From an uncultured Alphaproteobacteria bacterium (lineage in GTDB: Bacteria; Pseudomonadota; Alphaproteobacteria; Rs-D84), in NCBI GenBank assembly GCA_934232895.1, contig CAKQGH010000002.1:15287-79286 (forward strand): 64,000 nucleotides of DNA, read 5' to 3'. Of the stretch, positions 38,684 through 46,858 are shown in pieces. Numbering within the stretch: position 1 is the first letter of the stretch; each line of letters starts with the position of its first letter. Below the pieces are notes generated by a model that saw nothing but the letters and a program-made list of their open reading frames with translations, searched no databases and was not told the DNA's origin. The position numbers were made by a program, and so were the translations under genes.

Positions 38684-40179
38684 TTTTAATGTATCATAAA
38701 ATTGATAAAGAAGCGAAAACAAGATTTTATGTATCTGTTGACGATTTTAAACGTCAAATGCAGGAATTGTCAGATAAAAAGGTTGTTACGCTTGATAAAT
38801 ACGATAAAAATAACCCTGAACATATAGTAATCACATTTGATGGTGTTTATGAAAATGTATATAAATATGCATTTCCTGTATTAAAAAAATATGGTTATCC
38901 TTTTCATCTTTTTATAACATCTGATTTTATCGGCAAAGACAATGCGTTTGATACAGCAGAACCTTTGACGACATTTGCTACATTTGATCAGTTAAAGGAA
39001 ATGGCTGCCAATGGTGCAATTCTAGAATGGCATACTAAAACGCATCGGCAATTCACAGAACAAATGACAGATGATGAAATAATATCAGAGCTGACCATTC
39101 CGGCGGATGTTAAATCTTTACAACCAAATGGATTTAAATATTTTGCGTTCCCTTTCGGATTGCTATCAAAAGATAAATTACACTTAGTTAAAACGCGTTT
39201 TGCTGGTGCACTCTCCGTTTGGCAGGGAAATAATCATGATGACTATAAACTGAATAGATTGGAAGTTCACACTGGACATACATTTGATAAAAATAGTGTG
39301 TTTTTTAGAAATCCATTGGATAGAGGCCTGATAAGCGTTGTTGTTCCAACATATAACGTAGAGGCACATGTTGAGGATTTTTTCAAAAGCATTTTATCTC
39401 AAACATACAAGAATCTTGAAATTATAATGGTTATGGATGCGCCGACAGATAATACATTGGAGATTGTGCGTTCATATGCCAAAGAGGACAAAAGAATTAA
39501 AATAATAGAAAATGAACAAAATATGGGGGTTGCCAAGACACTGTGCCGTGGATATATGGCGGCTACGGGTGATTTTTGTGCAACTATGTCGCCTGATGAT
39601 ACAATAGACATGTTCTATTTTGAAAACCTGATTGAGAAATACAAGCAAACTAACAGTGATGTTGTTTGTGCAAGGATGTTGGCGTCCCAAGACAATTATA
39701 TGTTTTCAGATGGAACAGATTTTACCTTTTATCCGTTTGCCGCAAAAATCGGTGCATTGTTCTATTTTTATCCTGCAATGGTAAGGCGAAAGATAATTGT
39801 TGAAAATAATATCTGGAACGAAACAATGGTTGAAAGACATTGGGAAGATATAATTATTAGATGCAAGTATGCTTATTATGCCAATCGAGTATCAGTTGCC
39901 ACAAAGGCAATAAGATATTATACCATCAGAAAAACGTCATTGTCACATGCGCCGACGCCACAACAGTTGGAATATCAACAAATTGCGGAACGTCGTTCAA
40001 CTGATTTTTTGCATTGCTGTGGAATAGACGATGTACGTATCAATATAGTTGGCGGGTTCCGTGTTATCGGTGGTTGGAATATCAAAGCGTTTTTTATGGA
40101 AAATCGTGTTGATAACCATAACGAGACAAAGAAAAAACATCATTCTTTTTGGTGGCACTTGGTGCGTATGAAATTCTAG
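38680..40179 (+). CDS. bifunctional polysaccharide deacetylase (NodB-like) fused to a family 2 glycosyltransferase
   Basis: 'MYHKI...ITFDGVYENVYKYAFPVLKKYGYP' NodB-like. 'LISVVVPTYNVEAHVEDFFKSILSQTYKNLEIIMVMDAPTD' GT2. ATGA overlap. Confidence 0.7.
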   Translation: MILMYHKIDKEAKTRFYVSVDDFKRQMQELSDKKVVTLDKYDKNNPEHIVITFDGVYENVYKYAFPVLKKYGYPFHLFITSDFIGKDNAFDTAEPLTTFATFDQLKEMAANGAILEWHTKTHRQFTEQMTDDEIISELTIPADVKSLQPNGFKYFAFPFGLLSKDKLHLVKTRFAGALSVWQGNNHDDYKLNRLEVHTGHTFDKNSVFFRNPLDRGLISVVVPTYNVEAHVEDFFKSILSQTYKNLEIIMVMDAPTDNTLEIVRSYAKEDKRIKIIENEQNMGVAKTLCRGYMAATGDFCATMSPDDTIDMFYFENLIEKYKQTNSDVVCARMLASQDNYMFSDGTDFTFYPFAAKIGALFYFYPAMVRRKIIVENNIWNETMVERHWEDIIIRCKYAYYANRVSVATKAIRYYTIRKTSLSHAPTPQQLEYQQIAERRSTDFLHCCGIDDVRINIVGGFRVIGGWNIKAFFMENRVDNHNETKKKHHSFWWHLVRMKF

Positions 40180-40211
40180 CATTGTCCCCTGGGGTATCCA
40201 GGGGATTTTTA

Positions 40212-40667
40212 TTATTTTATGCATGGCACAATCTTGCCGATGATTGTGCTGTTGCCACCGTATTGCAATTGATATTTATATCCACATGGAACCGGAATTG
40301 AAAACGACATATATCGTGTGGTATTCAGGTCGTCATCTTGGAACATATAGGTCATGACAATTTGGTCGTTGGCGTCCAGTATTTTTATACTGGCGGTTGC
40401 GTTCCATATTAATTTTATGTATCCCTGTAAAAACAGGTTTTCATTGGCGGTATATGTGCCGATGCCTGTAATGGCCGATGATCTTGCATAATCGGGCATT
40501 AAATTAAACACCGCATCGGCGCGTGCCAGCATTGTGCCGCCGGCGGTCACGCCATCGTGCACGCGAATGGTCTTGTTGGTGGTGTCAACGGTAATCTCGC
40601 CATCGGCCCCGGTAAAGTTTGCGTGCTCGTCGGCGGTCCCACGCCGAAACTGAATTTGTCTTGCCAT
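40212..40667 (-). CDS. small protein with phage tail-fibre-type N-terminal domain (MxxxIQxRRGT...)
   Basis: 'MARQIQFRRGTADEHANFTGADGEITVDTTNKTIRVHDGVTAGG' resembles the conserved N-terminus of phage tail fibre / Mtd-like proteins. Confidence 0.45.
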   Translation of the reverse strand: MARQIQFRRGTADEHANFTGADGEITVDTTNKTIRVHDGVTAGGTMLARADAVFNLMPDYARSSAITGIGTYTANENLFLQGYIKLIWNATASIKILDANDQIVMTYMFQDDDLNTTRYMSFSIPVPCGYKYQLQYGGNSTIIGKIVPCIK

Positions 40668-40908
40668 GTATTGGTCTCCTTGTGATTATATGGCAAGATG
40701 TTTGAAGGACCCGCCAAATGTTATTTTCTGTATGTGTGTTTTGGAAAACCGCATAACCGGCAAGATAAGTGCAACGAAATAAAAAAAAACGACCAAAATG
40801 GTCGCGGTCCTTATCTGGTTGCTTGGTGTGCATTATACCACAAATGCCCCCAAAAATCAATTGAAATTTGTTTTGAATTTATTCGTGGCATGGCGTATGA
40901 TTGACGCA

Positions 40909-42264
40909 ATGAAATGTTTTATATCTGCTTTTTTGTTGGGGGCGTTTATGCCGGCCGTCGCCGCCGCGGTGGACGCGGCCCCGGCCGCCGGCACAACTGA
41001 AATTACCATGACCACGACCCAGGCCATGCAACTGGCGGGAAAATTGGTACAATCGGGCGATATTGAACACGCAACCCAAATTTTAACTATGACGCCCAAC
41101 ACCGGAAACGGCGAACTGGAAACCGAGCGGTGGTTTTTGCTGGCGCAAATTGCATCGCGGCGGGGCGATATTGATGAGGCAATTCGCATTTATCAAAAAA
41201 TACTGGATGCACGCCCCAATGCGGCCCGCGTGCGGTTTGAATTGGCATTGTGCTATATGCACCAGGGCCGGTGGTCGCGTGCGGATTATCATCTGCGCCT
41301 GGCCATGGCGGGGGACGATTTGTCCGACGATGTAAAACGGATGATGAATTACTATCGCTATGTCGTGCGCCAGAACAAAAATTGGAACGTGTATTTTAAT
41401 TTTGGTGCCGCCCCCGACAATAACATAAACAACGCGACCGGCGGTGCAGAGTGTGTTATGACCATCTGGGGGGCGTTCTGTCGCGATTTGCCCGCGCCGG
41501 AATCGGCGGTTGGCACCAATTTCCAGCTGGGTGGTGATTACGAATTCAAATTATCAGACCGGTGGCGCTGGAAATCAGATGCGGGCATATACACAAATAT
41601 TTATAACAAACACCAATACGACGATTTGTATTTGTCCGCCGGGACCGGCCCGCGGTATGTATGGTCGCGTGGCGATGTGTGGTTGGCGGGAACGGTTGCG
41701 CGGCGCTGGTACGATTGGCGCCGGTATAATTGGTCGGCTGGGGCCAAGCTGAATGCTAATTATGATTTCACGCGCAAAATGTCGGGCGGGTTGACATTGT
41801 CGGCAATGAATAATCGCTATGATGAATATGGCGATTTCCTGGATGGAAAAACATACGGCGCGTCCGCCCGCATAGTGTATTCGTTTAACGCGGGGGTGTA
41901 TACGGTGCTGCGTGGTGGTTTTTCGCGTGAATTGGCGGCCAGCCCGACATATTCGTATCGCCAACCGAGCCTGTCCGTGGGCATAGGTGCGGAATTGCCA
42001 TGGGGATTTGGCATTTATGCCGAGCCCAGCATTTATTGGACACGATATGACGGCGCGCGTTGGGCGGTCCGTGACGGCCAAATCAGCGAGATTACCGAAC
42101 GCGATTTCACGCATCGGTATGCGGTGTCGGTGTCAAATAATAAACTGGATGTACTGGGGTTTGTGCCGACCATCACGGTCAGTTATACCCGTCGCGATTC
42201 CAATATGTGGCAGCGCGAGTTTAGCAAAACCGCCATTGAATTCACCATGATGCAACGGTTCTAA
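40909..42264 (+). CDS. outer-membrane protein with N-terminal TPR region and C-terminal beta-barrel (DUF560/Slam-like architecture)
   Basis: Signal peptide MKCFISAFLLGAFMPAVAAAV; TPR-like helices 'ALCYMHQGRWSRADYHLRLA'; ~300 aa of alternating beta-strands ending in Phe. Confidence 0.4.
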   Translation: MKCFISAFLLGAFMPAVAAAVDAAPAAGTTEITMTTTQAMQLAGKLVQSGDIEHATQILTMTPNTGNGELETERWFLLAQIASRRGDIDEAIRIYQKILDARPNAARVRFELALCYMHQGRWSRADYHLRLAMAGDDLSDDVKRMMNYYRYVVRQNKNWNVYFNFGAAPDNNINNATGGAECVMTIWGAFCRDLPAPESAVGTNFQLGGDYEFKLSDRWRWKSDAGIYTNIYNKHQYDDLYLSAGTGPRYVWSRGDVWLAGTVARRWYDWRRYNWSAGAKLNANYDFTRKMSGGLTLSAMNNRYDEYGDFLDGKTYGASARIVYSFNAGVYTVLRGGFSRELAASPTYSYRQPSLSVGIGAELPWGFGIYAEPSIYWTRYDGARWAVRDGQISEITERDFTHRYAVSVSNNKLDVLGFVPTITVSYTRRDSNMWQREFSKTAIEFTMMQRF

Positions 42265-42451
42265 ACAGAGAGCAGAGTGTAGAGAGCAGAGAGCAATGAA
42301 AAGTGAGCAAGTGACAGAGCGATAAAGTGATACAGTTTTTTCTACGAACATAATTCATTTTCTGCGGAATATTATTTTTAAGTCGTCATACCGACGAAGG
42401 TCGGTATCCATTGCCCCGCAGGGACTGATAATACCACTACCCCGTCCGCCC
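42265..42451. repeat. left ~185 bp inverted repeat (IR-L) of the invertase/adhesin cassette
   Basis: Reverse complement matches 45338-45523 at ~90% identity, including the unique stretch 'aagtgagcaagtgacagagcgataaagtgatacag...ttctgcggaatattatttttaagtcgtcataccgacgaagg...ctgataataccactaccccgtccgccc'. Confidence 0.8.
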
Positions 42452-42596
42452 AGGGCGTCCACCCCTTCGCCAGCGAAGGGGAATTTGATAGAGTCACCCT
42501 CTTGTCATTGCGAGCGCAGCGTGGCAATCCATAAAACGACACCCCGGCACTGCGTGCCACCCCTCTCGCCAGAGGGGAACTTTCATTGCTCTCTAT
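42452..42596. repeat. RPE-like unit cluster inside the cassette
   Basis: 'caccccttcgccagcgaagggg', 'gtcattgcgagcgcagcgtggcaatcca', 'caccccggcactgcgtgccacccctctcgccagaggggaac'. Confidence 0.75.
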
Positions 42597-42626
42597 GAAA
42601 AAACCGCCCGGTGGGGCGGTTTCGAA
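42597..42626 (-). terminator. rho-independent terminator of the adhesin gene
   Basis: On the minus strand: cgaaaccgccccaccgggcggtttttt. Confidence 0.65.
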
Positions 42627-42648
42627 AGGATAAAAAACAAACTGTCAA

Positions 42649-44352
42649 TTAAAACAATTTGAATTTATAGTTCGTGCCGGCACGGAACGCAACATCTGCG
42701 TCAGAGATACCAGCGCCAACATTGACAGACCAGTTATTGGTCAGACCCATCGCGGCACCAAATGCCACCGCGGATTGGCTGTTATAGTTGCCAAAACCGG
42801 CGCCAACGGACACTTCGCCGCGTTCAACACCAGATACGGCGACCGACGACAATGCGACCGAGCTGGCAATACCCGCAGACAGGTTTTTGTCCAGTTTATC
42901 GATTCTTTGGTCGGTGTATGCATTTGCAGCCGCCAGCGAGAATGCCGCGCGTTCATCCGCGTATGCTTTCGCGCTGTTCAATGTCATCGCATCTTGGGCA
43001 ACCGCATATTCTTTTGCGGTGTTCAGTGTTGCTTCGTCAGCCAAGGCAAACGCTTCACGAACGGCGGTATCTTTTTCATCTGTGTATGTTTTTGCAGATG
43101 CCAAAGTTGCCTGGTCCCCAGCGGTCATATCAGAACGAATTTGATCATCAGCTGCGGCAAATTCACTGCGAACTGCGTCGTCCCCAGCGGTCATATCAGA
43201 ACGAATTTGATCATCAGCTGCGGCAAATTCACTGCGAACTGCGTCGTCCCCGGCGGTCATATCAGAACGAATTTGATCATCAGCTGCGGCAAATTCACTG
43301 CGAACTGCATCGTCCCCGGCGGTCAAAGCATCATTGATTACGCCACCGTCGGCAACCGATGCGGAAATAGCGTCGTTTGCACGATTGTCAATTGTATCGG
43401 TAATCGGCGCATCAAAGATTTCGCGCGCGGCCGCCTGGCGTTCATTGTCCGCGGTCCATGCATTGGACGTGGTTTCCTGGTTCGCCAATGCGGCGTTCCA
43501 TTGTTCGCCCGCGTTTGCAATTGTTGCATAACGTTCGTTCAGTTCGTTGACCGTATTTGTGTCGTTTTCAAACACTGTATTGGCGGCATTGAATAATGGT
43601 GCTTCTGCGGCATATTCCGCACCTGTTTCGGTCTTGGCGGCATCAACACTTGCCGTGTCGGTTGTGAACGCCGTCTGCATTTCGTTGAATGCGTTTTCCA
43701 ATGCCGAACCCGGTTCTGGATCAACCAGTCCGCCACGGTCGTCGACCAATCTGCTGCCATCCGCATTCAGACGAAATTCACGACCTTCTGCATCTGTGTA
43801 TTTATAGCGTGTGCCATCAAATGTCGGGGCGTCACCGTTTTTCACGGTGATGGTTGCATCGTCTCCAGATACGTATGTGCTGTTCAGTGTAACATCCTGG
43901 GAAAAATCAGGTACAGATTCGCCCAATGTCACATCTTCGCCCGCGCTGTTTTTGTATTTGTAATTTGCGCGATCCATTGTTGCGCCTGCAACAATGTCCT
44001 GGGTCGTGGTGATGTCACCAGTTGCGCCGGATGTGCCGATATAATCGGACTGTTGCGGCAGGCTGTCCGTATTTTCTGGGTCGTATGCCTGCCAGTTGCC
44101 AGCGGTGTCTTTGTATTTAAAGTCGTCCGCGTTTGGTCCATCGGCATAGTTTTTGGTAACCGTACTGCCATTATAATCAGTATATGTGTAATTATAATTT
44201 GCAGAATCCAGGTCTGTGCCAGCATTCTGTTCTGTGCCGTTTGCGGTCGTATATTTACCAGCAAATGTCACATCAGTAGTTGCCGCGTGTGCGCCGGCGA
44301 ACGCCAAAATGCCCGCCAGTGAAAACGCAGTCAAAACCAAAGGTTTTTTCAT
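42649..44352 (-). CDS. trimeric autotransporter adhesin (type Vc; YadA-like C-terminal membrane anchor)
   Basis: Signal peptide MKKPLVLTAFSLAGILAFAGAHA; stalk with neck-like 'TLxSAKxYTD' repeats and three identical 22-aa repeats. C-terminus 'IDKLDKNLSAGIASSVALSSVAV...GEVSVGAGFGNYNSQSAVAFGAAMGLTNNWSVNVGAGISDADVAFRAGTNYKF' matches the YadA_anchor pattern. RBS aagagga. Confidence 0.8.
   Translation of the reverse strand: MKKPLVLTAFSLAGILAFAGAHAATTDVTFAGKYTTANGTEQNAGTDLDSANYNYTYTDYNGSTVTKNYADGPNADDFKYKDTAGNWQAYDPENTDSLPQQSDYIGTSGATGDITTTQDIVAGATMDRANYKYKNSAGEDVTLGESVPDFSQDVTLNSTYVSGDDATITVKNGDAPTFDGTRYKYTDAEGREFRLNADGSRLVDDRGGLVDPEPGSALENAFNEMQTAFTTDTASVDAAKTETGAEYAAEAPLFNAANTVFENDTNTVNELNERYATIANAGEQWNAALANQETTSNAWTADNERQAAAREIFDAPITDTIDNRANDAISASVADGGVINDALTAGDDAVRSEFAAADDQIRSDMTAGDDAVRSEFAAADDQIRSDMTAGDDAVRSEFAAADDQIRSDMTAGDQATLASAKTYTDEKDTAVREAFALADEATLNTAKEYAVAQDAMTLNSAKAYADERAAFSLAAANAYTDQRIDKLDKNLSAGIASSVALSSVAVSGVERGEVSVGAGFGNYNSQSAVAFGAAMGLTNNWSVNVGAGISDADVAFRAGTNYKFKLF
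43123..43320. repeat. 3 x 66 bp perfect tandem direct repeat inside the adhesin stalk coding region
   Basis: Unit 'ggtcatatcagaacgaatttgatcatcagctgcggcaaattcactgcgaactgcgtcgtcccc[a/g]gc' x3, encoding AGDDAVRSEFAAADDQIRSDMT. Confidence 0.9.
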
Positions 44353-44386
44353 GTTTTTTCCTCTTATTTAAATTAATTTAAACCGT

Positions 44387-44408
44387 GATGCGTGGTGCAC
44401 CACGCATC
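44387..44408. promoter_or_regulatory. perfect 22 bp palindrome (10-2-10) 35 bp upstream of the adhesin start codon
   Basis: gatgcgtggtGCaccacgcatc. Confidence 0.5.
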
Positions 44409-44412
44409 TACT

Positions 44413-44438
44413 CTTACACAAACGAACGTTTGTGTAAG
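44413..44438. promoter_or_regulatory. perfect 26 bp palindrome with 12-2-12 geometry (hix/gix-like candidate recombinase or operator site)
   Basis: cttacacaaacgAAcgtttgtgtaag. Confidence 0.5.
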
Positions 44439-44471
44439 TGCCAGTGGTCAGTATTCTTACGGCAACGGCCA

Positions 44472-44503
44472 AATGTCTGGAATCCGTTATAATCCAGACA
44501 TTT
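44472..44503 (+). promoter_or_regulatory. 10 bp inverted repeat enclosing a consensus TATAAT -10 box (candidate operator-overlapped promoter of the recombinase gene)
   Basis: aatgtctggaatccgTTATAATccagacatt. Confidence 0.4.
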
Positions 44504-44588
44504 TTTGTTGTGGAATAATATGATTTGAATATAGAAAAAAACAGTTGATTTAATCGTTCGTTTAAAATGACAGAAATAGGAGGAAAAA

Positions 44589-45242
44589 ATATCATTCATA
44601 GGATATATTCGTGTCAGTTCAAATAAACAAACTGTGGCACATCAACGTTTTGAAATTAGCCAGTTTGCTGCTGCACACAAAATCACAATAGACCGGTGGG
44701 TCCAAGAAACGGTATCGTCGCGCCAACCGTTGGATAAACGACAGTTGGGCGAATTATTGCATGAATTGAAACATGAAGATGTTTTGATTTCGTGTGAAAT
44801 ATCGCGCCTGGGGCGTTCGTTGCTGGAGGTAATGCGAATCTTGGAAACATGTATGAACAGTGGCGCCCAAGTTTGGACAATCAAAGAAAATTACCGATTG
44901 GGCGATGATATACAAAGCAAAGTTATGGCGTTTGCGTTCGGACTGGCCGCAGAAATTGAGCGAAATTTAATATCGCAACGCACTCGGGCGTCGTTGAACA
45001 ATATTCGCGCCGCAGGCAAAAAGTTGGGGCGCCCATTTTCGGCACAATCAAAAAAACTGAAACTGACGCGCAATGCACATAAAATAAAGCAATTACTGGA
45101 TGCGGGGGTATCACGATATAAAATTGCCCAAGTTATGCATGTCCAGCCTATAACGGTGAATCGTTTTACCAAGCGCATGGGGTGGGATAAATTTATTAGA
45201 GAGCAGGGTGCATCCGTCTCCGCTGACGCTCCGCCGCGATAA
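44589..45242 (+). CDS. serine recombinase of the DNA invertase/resolvase family (Hin/Gin/Pin-like)
   Basis: In-frame N-terminus 'IGYIRVSSNKQ' (catalytic Ser motif) lies upstream of the track's GTG start (44634). It is preceded by AGGAGG at 44577-44582 but has no ATG/GTG/TTG; a possible ATA start is at 44589. 'ISRLGRS', 'EIERNLISQRTRASL', 'GRP', C-terminal HTH. Confidence 0.8.
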   Translation: MSFIGYIRVSSNKQTVAHQRFEISQFAAAHKITIDRWVQETVSSRQPLDKRQLGELLHELKHEDVLISCEISRLGRSLLEVMRILETCMNSGAQVWTIKENYRLGDDIQSKVMAFAFGLAAEIERNLISQRTRASLNNIRAAGKKLGRPFSAQSKKLKLTRNAHKIKQLLDAGVSRYKIAQVMHVQPITVNRFTKRMGWDKFIREQGASVSADAPPR

Positions 45243-45262
45243 AGAGAGCAGAGAGCAATGAC

Positions 45263-45290
45263 GCGCGCCGGTGGCGCGCCTGTTTTTTAT
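45263..45290 (+). terminator. rho-independent terminator after the recombinase gene
   Basis: gcgcgccggtggcgcgcctgtttttt. Confidence 0.7.
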
Positions 45291-45337
45291 CGTCGCGGAC
45301 CAAGTTCCCCTCCGGTGGAGGGGTGGTGCGAAGCACC

Positions 45338-45523
45338 GGGCGGACGGGGTAGTGGTATTATCAGCCCCTGCGGGGCAATGGTGGCCCTCCTTCGTCGGTA
45401 TGACGACTTAAAAATAATATTCCGCAGAAAATGAAATATGTTCGTAGAAAAAAACTGTATCACTTTATCACTCTGTCACTTACTCACTTTCATTGCTCTT
45501 TGCTCTCTGATCTTTGCTCTCTG
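45338..45523. repeat. right ~185 bp inverted repeat (IR-R) of the invertase/adhesin cassette
   Basis: Reverse complement of 42265-42451. Confidence 0.8.
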
Positions 45524-45527
45524 AATA

Positions 45528-45556
45528 AGAAACGCGCCGGTGGCGCGTTTCTTATT
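45528..45556. terminator. bidirectional terminator (aagaaacgcgccggtggcgcgtttctt) at the 3' end of the tolC-like gene
   Basis: Perfect hairpin flanked by A/T runs on both sides. Confidence 0.65.
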
Positions 45557-46841
45557 CCTGTTGTGTTGTTGTCAGCCCCAGATTTTCCGGTGTCAACAGG
45601 CCCGTGGCCGACATAACTGCAAAGAATGCCGATATGCGCCCAAATTTTGCGTTGGCCAATGATACATTGGTGTTCAACAATTCTTGTTCCGCATTCAGCA
45701 CATCCAACACCGTACGGCGCCCGCGTTTTTGTTCGTCACGCGTTCCGTTCAATGCCATTTTGGCGGCCGCAACGCCAGATTCGGCGGCGCTGATTGCCGC
45801 CGCCTGGGCGTCGTACATATTCCATGCCTGGTGCAATTTTTCAGATATAACGCGGCGAGCGTTTACGATTTGCGCCTGAATTCCATCAACGGTATATCGC
45901 ACCTTGTCCACATTGGCAAAGGCGTTGCCCTTGTCATACAGTGGCATTTTCAAATACACACCAATGCGGCTGTCGCGGGCGCGGTCAATGTATGGAATAT
46001 CATCCACCTGCATTACGGCACCGCGTACATCAACCGATGGCAACATAGAATGACGTGCGACAACAATTTGTTCACGCGCGGCGCGTTCGTGTGATTCCAG
46101 CGCGCGCAGGGCGGGGTGATTTTTCAGTGCATATTCATTTGCCGCATCAACCGATTCTGGGAATAATTTTTCCATGCGTTCCAAATCAATTTCTGTAAAT
46201 TCGGTGGGCGCATCACCCGCAATACGGCGGAATGTTTCAACGGCGTTGTCGTATTTTGCCTGGGCATCGGCCAATGCATATCGTGCCATTTCCACACGCG
46301 CAGATGCCTGGGCGGTGTCGGTTTTGGTTAAACGGCCAACACGCGCATTATCGGCGCAATAGTTATAATATTCTTGTAATACGCGCTGATTATTTTGGTT
46401 CAGTTTCAAAACCTCGGCCGCGCGCAGAACATCGACATAGGCATTTATTGCGTTCAAAAATACATCAGATTCGGTTGCATACAATGATGCGGTTTCGGCA
46501 TCGCGTGCGGCGCGCGCACCCTTGTATTGGGCAATGGTTGAAAAGCCCTGGAATATATTTTGTTGAAATTCAACACCAATGCCGGTTGGGTTATAATCAA
46601 ATGTGTAATCGCCAATTTTGGTACGCGCCGCGCCCGCATTTGCCGACAGTCCCAAATACGGTTTGAACCCCGCACTGGACGCCGATACATTGGCATCGGC
46701 GGCGTTCACATTTGCTCGTCCACTGTTTATTATTGGGTTGGTTTCGTATATGGTTTGCAGTTCCGAATACATATCGGCATTTGCCGATGTTGCAATCGTT
46801 GCCAACATCATACCAGCCAAAAAATAATTGTTTTTCATCAA
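45552..46841 (-). CDS. TolC-family outer membrane efflux protein
   Basis: Signal peptide; two-repeat OEP structure; 429 aa. Confidence 0.75.
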   Translation of the reverse strand: MMKNNYFLAGMMLATIATSANADMYSELQTIYETNPIINSGRANVNAADANVSASSAGFKPYLGLSANAGAARTKIGDYTFDYNPTGIGVEFQQNIFQGFSTIAQYKGARAARDAETASLYATESDVFLNAINAYVDVLRAAEVLKLNQNNQRVLQEYYNYCADNARVGRLTKTDTAQASARVEMARYALADAQAKYDNAVETFRRIAGDAPTEFTEIDLERMEKLFPESVDAANEYALKNHPALRALESHERAAREQIVVARHSMLPSVDVRGAVMQVDDIPYIDRARDSRIGVYLKMPLYDKGNAFANVDKVRYTVDGIQAQIVNARRVISEKLHQAWNMYDAQAAAISAAESGVAAAKMALNGTRDEQKRGRRTVLDVLNAEQELLNTNVSLANAKFGRISAFFAVMSATGLLTPENLGLTTTQQE

Positions 46842-46858
46842 AGTATCCTTTCCATTTT

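Noticed and set aside
43123-43320. Possible CRISPR array (regular 66 bp repeats)
   Set aside because: Repeats are contiguous with no spacers, are in-frame coding sequence of the adhesin, and no cas genes are nearby.
44634-45242. Track start (GTG 44634) for the recombinase
   Set aside because: It would delete the catalytic GYIRVSS segment, which is encoded in-frame just upstream. The protein must start earlier (or be inactive).
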